45,714 bases of DNA from Actinomycetota bacterium. GTDB taxonomy: Bacteria; Actinomycetota; Acidimicrobiia; IMCC26256; VFJJ01. Positions within the stretch are counted from its first letter, which is position 1; each line of letters opens with the position of its first letter. A program made the translations under genes and the position numbers. Shown here in pieces: positions 1 to 12,261 of the stretch. The stretch lies in NCBI GenBank assembly GCA_009886115.1, contig VFJJ01000051.1, positions 124,001 through 169,714 on the forward strand, read 5' to 3'. The notes beneath the pieces are model-generated. The model was given only the letters and a program-made list of their open reading frames with translations, had not been told where the DNA came from and did not search any database.

Positions 1-1
1 G

Positions 2-946
<945 letters not shown>

Positions 947-959
947 CCCGATTCCAGCA

Positions 960-996
960 CCTGGCGATCGGGCCCTACCCTGGCGATAGGGCCCTA
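960..996. repeat. Near-perfect 18-bp direct repeat (19-bp period) between convergent genes
   Basis: cctggcgatcgggcccta (960-977) and cctggcgatagggcccta (979-996); the second copy holds the stop codon of the minus-strand gene. Confidence 0.7.
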
Positions 997-2361
997 TTCG
1001 AGCGGTGACCAACGCCGGTCGGGGTAGAGGGCGCAGGCCGGGGCGTGGAGCCATTCGAGCCGGTACGCCCGGCGGGCGAGGTACGGGAGCAGCGTCTCGT
1101 CGGGCAACGTCCGGGCCGTGATGGCGGCGTCGAGCGCGGCGAACCCGTCGGTCACGGTGGCCGGGGTCGCGCCGAGCACCCCGCCCATCTCGTCGCGCTC
1201 GATGGCCTCGATCGCTGCGCCGTAGCGGCGGCGACGGTCGATGCAGGCCACGAGGATCCCCACGTCGCCGGCACGGGCCCGGGCGAAGGCGTCGCCGATC
1301 GCCGGCGCCACGTCGTGGTCGAGCGCATAGCGAGCGGCCTCGGACAGGATGTCGCGCTCACCCGAGTCGGCCGACGGCATCTCGGGCCGCTCGACGGCGA
1401 TGCCCATCGACTCGGCCATCGACTCAGCAGACGCCCGGTCGCCCACGTAGCGGTAGGCGAGATACCAGGCGATCGACTCGCGGGGATGGGCGTTCTGGGT
1501 CACGTAGTGGATGGGGATCATGCCCCGCACGTTCTGCTGCACCCGGTAGTAGCGGGCGGCCTCGAACGACACCGGTATCCCCGAAGCCTTCTCGTACAAG
1601 GGGAACAGCCCCCGAAGTCCTCCGGACGGGTTCCAGAACTCGCGAACGCAGATGTTGCCCAGGTCTTCCATCGGATCGCCGAGATGGCCCCACTCCCAGT
1701 CGATGACCGACGTGACCCGATCGCCCGCGAACATGAAATTCACGGGCCCGGTGTCGCCCTGCACCAACGAGACGCGGGCGATCTGTTGAGGCTGGAACCG
1801 CCCGAGCCAGTCGAGGCAGTACCCGAGCAGCGGCTCCTGGGAACGGTACCCGGCCACGAACGGGCCCCACTGGGCGAGGAGCAGGTCGAGCTCGCCGAAC
1901 GCGCACTCGGCGGCGGTGGTCGGCCGGGGCATGGGCGGCAGCGGGATCGAGTCGAGGTCGAGCGTGTGCATCTCGGCCACGACCTCCATGAAGTGCTCCA
2001 TCACCCGCCGCTGCTGAACGGCGTCGTCGATCTTGTCGAGGTCGGAGCGTCCGGGCACCCGCTCGAAGAGCGTGCAGGCCAGCTCGTCGTTCTCGCCGTA
2101 CACGTCGGGCACCGGCACCGCGGTCTCGCGCAACGCCCTGATGATCTGGGTCTCCTTGGCCAGCGACCACGGATTGCCGGGCACCCGCTCGCGTTCGAGG
2201 CGGAGGAACCCTTCGCAGACCGACCCGTCGGGCCGGGTCACGTCGACCACCCAGGCCTCACGCCGAGCGACATGACGGTAGAGCTGGGTGATCTCGCCGC
2301 CGCCGGTGCGAGCGACCCACTCGAACATGCCGTCGGGGAGGTCGTGGGTGAAGGTGGCCAT
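994..2361 (-). CDS. Phosphotransferase (APH/ACAD10-like kinase) family protein
   Basis: Brenner-like VQGDTGPVNFMF, VIDWEWGHLGDPMEDL and VPVPDVYG. Start placed at ATG 2361 (MATFTH). Confidence 0.85.
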   Translation of the reverse strand: MATFTHDLPDGMFEWVARTGGGEITQLYRHVARREAWVVDVTRPDGSVCEGFLRLERERVPGNPWSLAKETQIIRALRETAVPVPDVYGENDELACTLFERVPGRSDLDKIDDAVQQRRVMEHFMEVVAEMHTLDLDSIPLPPMPRPTTAAECAFGELDLLLAQWGPFVAGYRSQEPLLGYCLDWLGRFQPQQIARVSLVQGDTGPVNFMFAGDRVTSVIDWEWGHLGDPMEDLGNICVREFWNPSGGLRGLFPLYEKASGIPVSFEAARYYRVQQNVRGMIPIHYVTQNAHPRESIAWYLAYRYVGDRASAESMAESMGIAVERPEMPSADSGERDILSEAARYALDHDVAPAIGDAFARARAGDVGILVACIDRRRRYGAAIEAIERDEMGGVLGATPATVTDGFAALDAAITARTLPDETLLPYLARRAYRLEWLHAPACALYPDRRWSPLE

Positions 2362-2431
2362 CGTGAGGGCTCTCCCGGTCGCAGCGCGCCCCGTCAAGAA
2401 CGCCGGGGCTCGGTCGGCGCACGCTAGAGCG

Positions 2432-3268
2432 TCACCCGCCGCCGAACCAGCGCTGCCGCAGCGGGAACAGGTAGCGGTCGGTCACCACGTTGAGAACCCG
2501 CCGAGCGTCTGCGAAATGCTCGGCCACGTGCGCGACCGCGGCGACCGTCCCCGCGTGGGGTCTCGGCACCGTCTGTGCCGCGAGCTGGTACCAGCGCGCG
2601 CCGAGCCGCTCGAGGAGCACCACGGCATCGGGTTGATCGTCGGGCGCGGCATCGGGCATCCGCGACACCCGGGAGAGTCGCCCCACGCTGATGGGGTCGA
2701 GGCCGTGCAGGGCCGTGCGATCGGGGAACACGCCGGTGAGGAACAGCGCCAGATCGCCCAGGCGCCTGAAGACGCCACCCCGCTCGGCCGGTGGGACGGC
2801 TTCCAGCAAGCCGGCCAAGGCGACGGGGTCGAGCTCATTGAAGCGGTGCTTGCGCCAGCCCCGTTCGGTGTGCACCCAGGTGACGCCCGACGCGACGTGC
2901 GTGTACGACGCGAGCAGCTCGACGAGCAGGAAGCGCCGCAGCGGATCGGCCACGAGGTCGCGCAACGACGACACCCCGAACACGGGCAGACGCTGGCGGG
3001 GTCCGGTCCATTCGAGGACGCTCGTCGACTCGTCGAGCACCGCCGCCGTCCGGTGCACCGCAACGGCGAACGCCAGGAACGGCGAGAGGAACGCGATCGT
3101 CTCCTGCCCCCACGCCTCCCCGAAGACGGCCGCCTCGGCCTCGGGCGACGCCAGCCGCGCCAACACGGGGCCGGGGCCGAGCAGCGCGAGGTCGGCTTCG
3201 GTGAGATGTTGGCGGTACCAGGCTTCCGACGGGTGGTTGGCGTCGGGCGGGTGGTGGGCTTCCGACAT
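2432..3268 (-). CDS. Conserved-looking hypothetical protein
   Basis: High-GC3 ORF with globular composition (RRLGDLALFLTGVFPD). CACAAT -10-like hexamer just upstream of ATG 3268. Confidence 0.75.
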   Translation of the reverse strand: MSEAHHPPDANHPSEAWYRQHLTEADLALLGPGPVLARLASPEAEAAVFGEAWGQETIAFLSPFLAFAVAVHRTAAVLDESTSVLEWTGPRQRLPVFGVSSLRDLVADPLRRFLLVELLASYTHVASGVTWVHTERGWRKHRFNELDPVALAGLLEAVPPAERGGVFRRLGDLALFLTGVFPDRTALHGLDPISVGRLSRVSRMPDAAPDDQPDAVVLLERLGARWYQLAAQTVPRPHAGTVAAVAHVAEHFADARRVLNVVTDRYLFPLRQRWFGGG

Positions 3269-3300
3269 GTGCCGGGATTGTGGCATGAGCCCACCCCATC

Positions 3301-3349
3301 CAGCACCTGTCGCTCAACCGCACCCATCCCCCTCGAGCGACAGATGCTG
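3301..3349 (-). terminator. 15-bp stem hairpin after the NTF2 gene
   Basis: cagcacctgtcgctc (3301-3315) pairs with gagcgacagatgctg (3335-3349). The single mismatch is a G-U wobble on the minus (transcribed) strand. Confidence 0.55.
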
Positions 3350-3412
3350 CACCGAGGGGAGCCGCCGACAGCAGCCGACAGCAGCCGCCGACTCTCCGCC
3401 TCCCGCTCTCCG

Positions 3413-3964
3413 CTACCGGAGCGACGAGCGGAGCGAGGCCGGGAGCTCGTCGGGGCTGAGCTTGCGCATGTCGGCGAAGCCGTCGGCCGAGACGTAGCTG
3501 TCCTCGCCGATCAGCCTCCCGTCGGCGTCGTAGGGCCAGAAGACGACCATGCGGTCCTGGTACAGGTAGAAGCCCGACGGGTCGTCGACCGTGCGTCCCA
3601 TGGCGTTCAGGGTCGCGCCCGGGTAGATGATGCGCATCACGCCCTCGAGCACGACACAGTCGTCGTCGACGACGAGACGTTCGACATCGAGCTCGAGGTT
3701 CGTGGCCCCGCTGTTGGCGAACGCGGTGTAGAAGTCTCTGACCGCCTGACGCCCCTTGGGTCCGGTGTCGCCAGCCGGGCCCCAGAAGTGGTACTCGGGA
3801 TGCTCGCCCAGCGTCTCCATCAGCCCGTCGAGATCGGGGACGGCCTCAGCCTTCATGTGGGCCAAGACGTTGGCGAGGATCTGGCGCTTGCGGGGCGAGG
3901 TCTCGCGCCCGAGGCGCTCCTCGACCAGCCGCCAGGTCTTGGTGGCGTCGATCACCGGTGTCAT
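3413..3964 (-). CDS. NTF2/SnoaL-like family protein
   Basis: HMKAEAVPDLDGLMETL...PEYHFWG...VRDFY...LELDVERLVVDDDCVVLEG...GRLIGEDSY pattern. TACTCT lies 7 nt before the ATG (leaderless). Confidence 0.85.
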   Translation of the reverse strand: MTPVIDATKTWRLVEERLGRETSPRKRQILANVLAHMKAEAVPDLDGLMETLGEHPEYHFWGPAGDTGPKGRQAVRDFYTAFANSGATNLELDVERLVVDDDCVVLEGVMRIIYPGATLNAMGRTVDDPSGFYLYQDRMVVFWPYDADGRLIGEDSYVSADGFADMRKLSPDELPASLRSSLR

Positions 3965-4007
3965 GAAGGCGAGAGTAGACCCGACGCCATGCGCATCGCC
4001 CGCCGTC

Positions 4008-4808
4008 TCAGCTCGGTTCGAGCAGCAGCGACTTGACGCCTCGGCCCACGCGACCCGTACGGTCCCAGATCGGGCCGTCGGTCTGACCGATGCCCGACCC
4101 GTCGAACCTGACCGACGCCCCCAGCGCCAGCCACTCCCCCACCGGATACCGGATGAGGTGGATGGTCAGGTCGGGGTTGGCCGAGGTGTAGCTGCGGCCC
4201 AGGCCCTCGGAAGCGCTGCGCAACAGATCGGTGGTCGCAGCCAGACGCTGGACGGGGCTGGTGACCTCGCCGGCGACGAGCGGAACGTGCAGGCGCAGCC
4301 ACGTCGTTCCCCCCAGCGGGTGGCGGTCGGCTCCGGAGCGGAGCTCGAAGTTGCGGACGAAGAAGAACGGCCCGTCGGGCAGGGTCACCACCGCCGACTC
4401 GGGAGCAAACGGCGGCGGCTCGTCGTCGGGCCAGTCCGTGGGGACGAACTCGGCGGCAACGGTTCCCGCGGCCTCCCTGATGCGCAACGCCATCATGCGA
4501 GCCAGCTCGGGACCGTCGGGACGGTCGGCCGCGAACATGGCAGCCTCGACGAGCTGGATGCGGCGACCGTCGCGCAGCGGACGCACGCGAAGCACCATCG
4601 GCACGCACGGGGCGGTACGGAACAGCTCGACGGTCATCCGCACGATCCGCATCGGCTGGAACGTGGGTACCGACTCGACGGCCCCGGCCAACAGCGCGGC
4701 CGTCGCCCCGCCGTGCAACGAGTCGGCGACCCAGGGGCCGCGGGCATTGTCGCTGGGCACGAACACATCGCCGTCGCGCTCGAAGATCCCCGATACGGCT
4801 GCGCTCAC
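4008..4808 (-). CDS. Thioesterase family protein (TesB-like double hotdog)
   Basis: ARGPW...LHGGATAALLA, LRDGRRIQLVEA and SANPDLTIHLIRYPVGEWL. GTG 4808 lies 7 nt after TAGCGT. Confidence 0.85.
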   Translation of the reverse strand: MSAAVSGIFERDGDVFVPSDNARGPWVADSLHGGATAALLAGAVESVPTFQPMRIVRMTVELFRTAPCVPMVLRVRPLRDGRRIQLVEAAMFAADRPDGPELARMMALRIREAAGTVAAEFVPTDWPDDEPPPFAPESAVVTLPDGPFFFVRNFELRSGADRHPLGGTTWLRLHVPLVAGEVTSPVQRLAATTDLLRSASEGLGRSYTSANPDLTIHLIRYPVGEWLALGASVRFDGSGIGQTDGPIWDRTGRVGRGVKSLLLEPS

Positions 4809-4846
4809 CGGCGGCACGCTACCGACGGACGGTCACCGCCCCGGCA

Positions 4847-6373
4847 TCAGCCATCACCCGCCGGGCTCGATGACCCGTGCGGTGACGGGCCCGGCGACCA
4901 CTGCGGCGACGACTGCGGCGCCCCTTCCGGGGGTGGTTCCGAGTAGCGGTCGAGGAACTGGTACACGTCGGTGAGATCGACCCCCGGGAACGCGCCCACC
5001 GGTATCGCCGCCAAGACGTGCGAGTGCTGGCGAGGTGACGGCCAGGCGAAGCCCGTCCAGCGCTCGGCCAGCGCGCCCGACGGGCGACAGCACGGACCGT
5101 CAGGGCAGTACGAGCGGTGGCGCTGGGTCGTCGAGGCTCCTCGGAAGAACTTGGCGTCGCGTTCGTGGACCCCGATCGTCACCGCGGAGTACGGGGGACG
5201 GTCGGCCTCGACGTGCGTCGCGGCCCAAAACGTGCCCATGTCGGTCTCGGTGTACTGGTAGTGGATGTCGAAGACGTCCTCGGCGTGGAAGGCGACCCTG
5301 GTCCCCCACTCCCGACACACCCGCTGGCCTTCGATGGCCCCGTCGGCGTCTGTGGGCATGGGGACCCCGTTGTTCTCGTAAGCCTTCCAGATCACGCCCT
5401 CCTCGTCGGCCCGGAGGAAGTGCACTGCGAGGCCGAGGTGGCGCGTCGCCAGGTTCGTGAAGCGGTGCGCCGCCATCTCGTAGGAGATGTAGAAGATCTC
5501 CTTGACGTCCTCGATCGAGATCTCCCGGCGGGCCTTGGCCTCACGCAGGAGCTCGACCGCCGCAGCTTCCGGGGCCAGCACGGCGCCGACGAAGTAGTTC
5601 GCCTCCACCCGCTGGCGGAGGTACTGACGGAAGTCGGCGGGGTCCTCGTGTCCCAGGGCGAAGTGCCCGAGCGTCTGCAGGATCACCGAACGGGCCGCTC
5701 GAGTCGGCACGGCGTTGCGTTGGGGGATGTAGATCGTCCGGCCGCGAAGGTCGGTCACCGAGCGGGTCTGCTTGGGGAGGTCGCGCACCCGCTTGATCGA
5801 AAAGCCGTAGTAGCGGGCCAGCTCGAGCAGGACCCGCTCCGGAACCGCCGACGTGCCGTCCCAGCCCACGGCCTGCAACGCATCGCCCGCTACGGCCTCG
5901 ATCTCGGGGAAGTAGTTGTCGCGCGCTCGCATCTCGACGCGCAGCTCGGCGTTGGCCTTGCGGGCCCCTTCCGGCGAGGCCGCGTGCACCTCCGAGCGGC
6001 GGGCGAGCTGGCGGTACAGGGTCACGACGTGCTCGAGCATGTCGTCGGGCACCTTGGCCGACGGCTTCACGTACGGCAGGCGCAGCGTCTGGTACAGCGG
6101 CTCGTCCTGCGCCCGTTCGATGGCGATCTCGAGCTGGCTCCGGCGCGACGGGGCCTCGGCCGTGAGGAGCTCGGCGGTGGTCACGCCGAGCGCCTCGGCC
6201 AGATCCTCGATCACCGACAGGCGGGGCTCGCGCTTGCCGGTCTCGAGCTGCGAGAGAAAGGGAGCGGGACGGCCGACTCGCTCACCCAGAGCGTCGAGGG
6301 TGTAGCCCCGGGCCTTGCGCAGATGACGCAGCCGCTGCCCGAACACGAGGGTGTCGACTCGCTGTGTCGCCAT
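4847..6373 (-). CDS. XRE-family RamB/PrpR-like (short-chain acyl-CoA) transcriptional regulator
   Basis: N-terminal HTH (FGQRLRHLRK...LSQLETGKREP), ImmA/IrrE-like middle (LGHFAL, EANYFVGAVL, SYEMAAHRFTNL), Cys-rich C-terminus. Divergent from aceA. Confidence 0.88.
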   Translation of the reverse strand: MATQRVDTLVFGQRLRHLRKARGYTLDALGERVGRPAPFLSQLETGKREPRLSVIEDLAEALGVTTAELLTAEAPSRRSQLEIAIERAQDEPLYQTLRLPYVKPSAKVPDDMLEHVVTLYRQLARRSEVHAASPEGARKANAELRVEMRARDNYFPEIEAVAGDALQAVGWDGTSAVPERVLLELARYYGFSIKRVRDLPKQTRSVTDLRGRTIYIPQRNAVPTRAARSVILQTLGHFALGHEDPADFRQYLRQRVEANYFVGAVLAPEAAAVELLREAKARREISIEDVKEIFYISYEMAAHRFTNLATRHLGLAVHFLRADEEGVIWKAYENNGVPMPTDADGAIEGQRVCREWGTRVAFHAEDVFDIHYQYTETDMGTFWAATHVEADRPPYSAVTIGVHERDAKFFRGASTTQRHRSYCPDGPCCRPSGALAERWTGFAWPSPRQHSHVLAAIPVGAFPGVDLTDVYQFLDRYSEPPPEGAPQSSPQWSPGPSPHGSSSPAGDG

Positions 6374-6433
6374 GAAGACTGCTCCGATCGTGCGGAAATC
6401 GAAAGAATACGCGATCTTATCGGTCTGTGGAGG

Positions 6434-6462
6434 GTTGCAACGCGAACATCGACGGGAACAAT
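6434..6462 (+). promoter_or_regulatory. Putative aceA promoter with palindrome GTTGCAAC over the -35
   Basis: TTGCAA (6435-6440), 16-nt spacer, AACAAT (6457-6462). GTTGCAAC resembles the TTTGCAAA core of RamB/PrpR sites. Confidence 0.4.
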
Positions 6463-6568
6463 GGAACTGTCACCTCACGCCCACGCTCCGTGGACCCGCG
6501 TCCATCGCGACACCAACCGCGCGTGACCCATAGACGGGTGATCCCCATCCAGCACCGGAGGAGCAACG

Positions 6569-7878
<1,310 letters not shown>

Positions 7879-7879
<1 letters not shown>

Positions 7880-9489
7880 TGCCCGGGCCCGTCGCCCTCC
7901 CGCCGGGCGTGGCGCTGAGAGCCCCGGCGGTCGATGGCGTCGACGAGATCCTGTCGGCCGACGCCGTCGAGTTCCTGGCGTCGCTGCACCGCAGCTTCGA
8001 CGGTCGCCGCAAGGCCCTGTTGACGATGCGCTTCGATCGCCAGCGTCGCATCTCCCTCGGCGAGCGCCCCGACTTCCTTGCCGAGACCGCGGCCATCCGC
8101 AACGACGACTCCTGGCAGATCTCGCCGGTGCCCGCCGACCTCGCCGACCGGCGCGTCGAGATCACCGGACCGGTCGAACGCAAGATGATCATCAACGCCC
8201 TCAACTCGGGCGCCAAGGTGTTCATGGCCGACTTCGAGGACTCGAACACGCCGCTGTGGGACAACCTCGTGCAGGGCCAACGCAACCTCCGCGACGCCGT
8301 ACGAGGCACGATCGAGCTCACGACGGCGCCCGGAGTTGACGGTACCGTCAAGCACTACCGGCTGCACGAGCGGCCGGCCACGTTGATGGTGCGACCCCGG
8401 GGCTGGCACCTGGTCGAGAAGCACGTCATCGTCGACGGTCAGCCCCTGTCGGGCGCCCTGTTCGACTTCGGGCTCTTCATGTTCCACAACGCCAACCACC
8501 TCGTCGCCCGGGGCTCTGGGCCGTACTTCTACCTGCCCAAGCTCGAGAGCCATATCGAGGCGCGGCTGTGGAACGACGTCTTCGTGTTCGCCCAGGAGCG
8601 CCTCGGGCTGGCCCGGGGCACGATCAAGGCCACCGTGCTCGTCGAGACGATCCTCGCCGCGTTCGAGATGGACGAGATCCTCTTCGAGCTCCGCGAGCAC
8701 TCGGCCGGCCTCAACTGCGGGCGCTGGGACTACATCTTCTCGGCCATCAAGAAGTTCCGTGACGATCCCGCCATGGTGCTCGCCGACCGGGCCCTCGTCG
8801 GCATGACGGCCAGCTTCATGCGGGCCTACTCGCTGCTCGCCATCAAGACCTGTCACCGGCGTGGCGCCCACGCCATGGGCGGCATGGCGGCGCAGATCCC
8901 CGTCAAGGGCGACGCCGCAGCCAACGACGCCGCGCTGGCCAAGGTGCGCGCCGACAAGGAGCGCGAGGCAGCAGACGGCCATGACGGCACCTGGGTGGCG
9001 CATCCCGGGTTGGTTTCGATCGCCATGGAGGCGTTCGACGCGGCGATGCCCGGTCCCGACCAGATCGCCAGGAAGCGCGACGACGTGAAGGTGGGTGCCG
9101 CCGAGCTCCTCGACTTCGGGCCTCGGGGTCCGATCACCGAGGCCGGGCTGCGACTCAACCTCGACATCGCCTTGCAGTACCTGGGCTCATGGCTCGCCGG
9201 CAACGGGTGCGTGCCGATCCACGACCTCATGGAGGACGCCGCCACGGCGGAGATCTCACGCTCGCAGCTCTGGCAGTGGGTGCGTTCGCCCTACGGGGTG
9301 CTCGACGATGGACGGAACATCGACACCGACCTGGTGCTCGACACCCTGGCCGAGGAGCTCAAGCGGATCCAGGAAACCCATGGCAGCGCTGGCCGCTACG
9401 ACCTCGCCGCCAAGCTCGTCGAGGATCTCGTGACCGACGACGAGTTCGTGGAGTTCCTCACCCTGCCGGCCTACGACCTCATCGACTGA
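7879..9489 (+). CDS. aceB: Malate synthase A
   Basis: ATG overlaps the aceA stop (TGATG). Motifs DRRVEITGP, MADFEDS, GLNCGRWDYIFS, GHDGTWVAHP and LMEDAATAEISRSQLWQW. Confidence 0.97.
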
Positions 9490-9519
9490 CCGTCACGCCC
9501 AGCGCGTCAGGGCACGGCG

Positions 9520-11334
9520 TCAGGCCGAGGCGTCAGACCACCGGTCGATGATGCTGATGTCGGCGAGGAACCGGACCGACCCGTCGGGAGCCCAACGCTT
9601 CACGGCTTCCTGGAGGGAGTCGTCGAGGAGCCGGGCCGCCGCCGCGCCGTGCTCGACATGGGCGTGGACCAACAACTCGTCGTGCAGGCACAGCACGACC
9701 GTGGCCCCGAGCGCCGCGACCCGGGCCCGCACGGTCACGGCCCATACCTTGAAGAGCTCGGCCGCCGCACCCTGCACCATGGCGTTGCGGGCGTAGCGAC
9801 CTCGGGCGGCGGCCCGGCTCCGGTCATCGGCGCCGCTCGACCGTCCCTCTTCGGCCACCGTCCCCACCGCGGCTGGCCCGCCCACCGCGGCCGGCCCGGC
9901 CACCCCGGCCGGTGCGGTCACGATGCGGCGGCCCCCGTGGGTACGGAGCTCACGGCCGGCCTGGCCCGCCCGGTCGGCCTCGTGCAGGTAGGCCATCGCC
10001 ACCGGGTACGACGACTCCAGCCGGCGCAGGGCCTGGGCGCCGTGACCCGTGGTCTGGCCGTACATGGCGCCCAGGACCGCCACCTTGGCCGTGGCCCGGT
10101 CGACCCCGAGTTGTCGGGCAACCGGCGCGTACAGATCGTCGGCCGCCGTGGCCCGGGCCAGCGCCCGATCGCCCGAGACTGCAGCGAGCACCCGCGGCTC
10201 GATCTGGCCGAGATCGGCGCGCACGAAGACCTGCCCGGCCTCGGCCGCCACCGCGCTGCGAAGATCGGTCGGCAGGTTGTGGAGGCCGGCCGAGGCGGTC
10301 ATGCGGCCAGCCGCGCCGTCACAGCCCGACCACGACCCGCGGAAGCGGCCGTCGACGCCGAGGTGCTCGTCGAGCCAGGCGTAGCCATACGTGGTCGCCA
10401 CCCGCTCGGCCTTGCGCCAACTGAGCAGCGCGTCGATCAGCGGATGCGTCGCTCGGAGCGCTTCGAGGCGCCAGGCCCGGGTGTCGGGCAGGTCGACCCC
10501 GATGCGCCGCAACATCGCCTTCACCTGCACCGTGCTGCGGAGATCGATCGTCGGTCCGGGCGGGGCATGCCCGAGCACGACCTCGTCGCGTCGGCGGCGC
10601 TGCTCGACCTCGTCGGCCTCCGAACGCGGCCTCGGACCCAGGTATCCGGCGAGCAGCTCCTCCATGGTCGTGCGATCCATCGGCAGGCCGTCGACCGTCA
10701 TCTCGGCGCACAGGAGCTCGATCGCCGACTCCGAACGAGCCGTGGCCGGGGCCCGGGGCCGCTCCCCGAGCGTCGCCAGCGTCGCCAGGCGTGCCTGCTG
10801 GAGCTCCGCTACCTCGGCGGCGAGCCCGGCCCAACGCCCCAGCCGCTCGGGGGTGAGCGACCACCCGCCGAGCACCCACGTGGGGCTCAGGTGGCCGTCG
10901 CTGCGGACGGCACCGTCGACGTCGTCGTCGTGAGCGGGCCCTGTGCTGAACAGGTTCGGTGGACGGTCGACCGGGATGGAGTCGAGGGCGAGCCCGTGGA
11001 GCTGCGCCCAGACCAGCGCGGGATCGGCTCGCCAACCGCCGAAGACGAGACGGTGGACGGCTGCGATGTCCCAGCAGCGAGCGGGGCGCAGACCGGCGCC
11101 GACGAGGACGACCGCGGTCTCGACCGACCAGAGAACCCATCGAGGCCGCAGGGCCAGCTCGACCTCGCCTACGACAGCAACCGGGTCACGATCTTCACAG
11201 GGGATCGACACCACCCCGGCCGAGGTCGCCAGCCCCACGCCCACGCCCGGGGCCAGGGCCACGGAGACCGCGTCGCCGGGACCGACGCCCAGACGCATCA
11301 GGCGACCGACGGCATCGGCTGTGGACCCCGTCAC
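9520..11334 (-). CDS. Family A DNA polymerase, second PolA-like copy lacking the 5'-3' exonuclease
   Basis: Motif A RADLGQIEPRVLA, motif B RATAKVAVLGAMYG, motif C LHDELL. Start uncertain (GTG 11334 or ATG 11298). Confidence 0.88.
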   Translation of the reverse strand: MTGSTADAVGRLMRLGVGPGDAVSVALAPGVGVGLATSAGVVSIPCEDRDPVAVVGEVELALRPRWVLWSVETAVVLVGAGLRPARCWDIAAVHRLVFGGWRADPALVWAQLHGLALDSIPVDRPPNLFSTGPAHDDDVDGAVRSDGHLSPTWVLGGWSLTPERLGRWAGLAAEVAELQQARLATLATLGERPRAPATARSESAIELLCAEMTVDGLPMDRTTMEELLAGYLGPRPRSEADEVEQRRRRDEVVLGHAPPGPTIDLRSTVQVKAMLRRIGVDLPDTRAWRLEALRATHPLIDALLSWRKAERVATTYGYAWLDEHLGVDGRFRGSWSGCDGAAGRMTASAGLHNLPTDLRSAVAAEAGQVFVRADLGQIEPRVLAAVSGDRALARATAADDLYAPVARQLGVDRATAKVAVLGAMYGQTTGHGAQALRRLESSYPVAMAYLHEADRAGQAGRELRTHGGRRIVTAPAGVAGPAAVGGPAAVGTVAEEGRSSGADDRSRAAARGRYARNAMVQGAAAELFKVWAVTVRARVAALGATVVLCLHDELLVHAHVEHGAAAARLLDDSLQEAVKRWAPDGSVRFLADISIIDRWSDASA

Positions 11335-11420
11335 CGCCGTCGACGCAGCATCAAGGGCCGCGCTCGGCTCGGTGGGCTCGGGGGGCGCGGGGGGCGCGGC
11401 CGGGCCAAAGGTCGGCGCGC

Positions 11421-12230
11421 TCAGCGGTTGCAGGTGCCGAGGTCGACGGGGATCTGGGCGCCGGTCGTACGACGACCGTCGTCGCTGGCCAACCACAGCA
11501 CGGCCGACGACACGTCGTCGGGCTCCATGAACGTGTGCGGCAACGTGTTCATGAACACCGGCCCCAGGGTCTCAGCCTCGGCCGCGATGAGCGCCATGAG
11601 CCCGGGGACGTCGCCCATCGCCGTATTGACACCGGCGGGATGGATGCTGTTGACCCGGATGTCGTAGCGCCCGAGCTCGTTGGCGAGGCCCCGGCAGATG
11701 CCGACCACACCGTGCTTGGCCGCCGTGTAGTGGAGCGTGAAGGGCTGGCCCTTGATGCCGGCGCTGGAGCTGATGAGGATGATCGAGCCGCCCTGGCCCT
11801 GGCGGATCAGGTGCGGCACCGTCGCCTTGACCGTGTGGAAGACGCCGGTGAGGTTCACGTCGAGCACCGACTGCCATTCCTCGGTGGTGATCTCCCAGGC
11901 GTGGCCCCAGGCCAGGATTCCGGCGTTGGCGACGACGATGTCGATGCGGCCCAGCTGTGCCATGGCGTCGGCAGCCAGCGCCTCGAGGGCGGCCAGGTCG
12001 CGCACGTCGACCTGACGGGCGATGACCCGGCGATCGTGCTCCTCGACCCGACGGGCCGTCTCGGCCAGGTCGTCGAGGGTGCTCGGCCCGACCATGTTGT
12101 GCTCGACCGGTCCGCAGACGTCGCTCACCACGATGTCGGCGCCCTCGGAGGCGAGTCTCACGGCATGGGCCCGGCCCTGTCCCCGTGCCCCGCCCGTGAT
12201 GAACGCGACCTTGCCCGTCAAACGACCCAT
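11421..12230 (-). CDS. Mycofactocin-coupled-type SDR oxidoreductase
   Basis: TGGARGQGRAHA, the insert DVCGPVEHNMVGPSTLDDLAET typical of mycofactocin-associated SDRs, ANAGI and YTAAKHG. Confidence 0.9.
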   Translation of the reverse strand: MGRLTGKVAFITGGARGQGRAHAVRLASEGADIVVSDVCGPVEHNMVGPSTLDDLAETARRVEEHDRRVIARQVDVRDLAALEALAADAMAQLGRIDIVVANAGILAWGHAWEITTEEWQSVLDVNLTGVFHTVKATVPHLIRQGQGGSIILISSSAGIKGQPFTLHYTAAKHGVVGICRGLANELGRYDIRVNSIHPAGVNTAMGDVPGLMALIAAEAETLGPVFMNTLPHTFMEPDDVSSAVLWLASDDGRRTTGAQIPVDLGTCNR

Positions 12231-12261
12231 CGCCCGTCCCCTCGTCCGCCTTGCCGTGAGC

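Noticed and set aside
11335..11496. ORF-track start of the polymerase at 11496
   Set aside because: It overlaps the SDR gene by 76 bp and encodes low-complexity sequence; a downstream start is more plausible.
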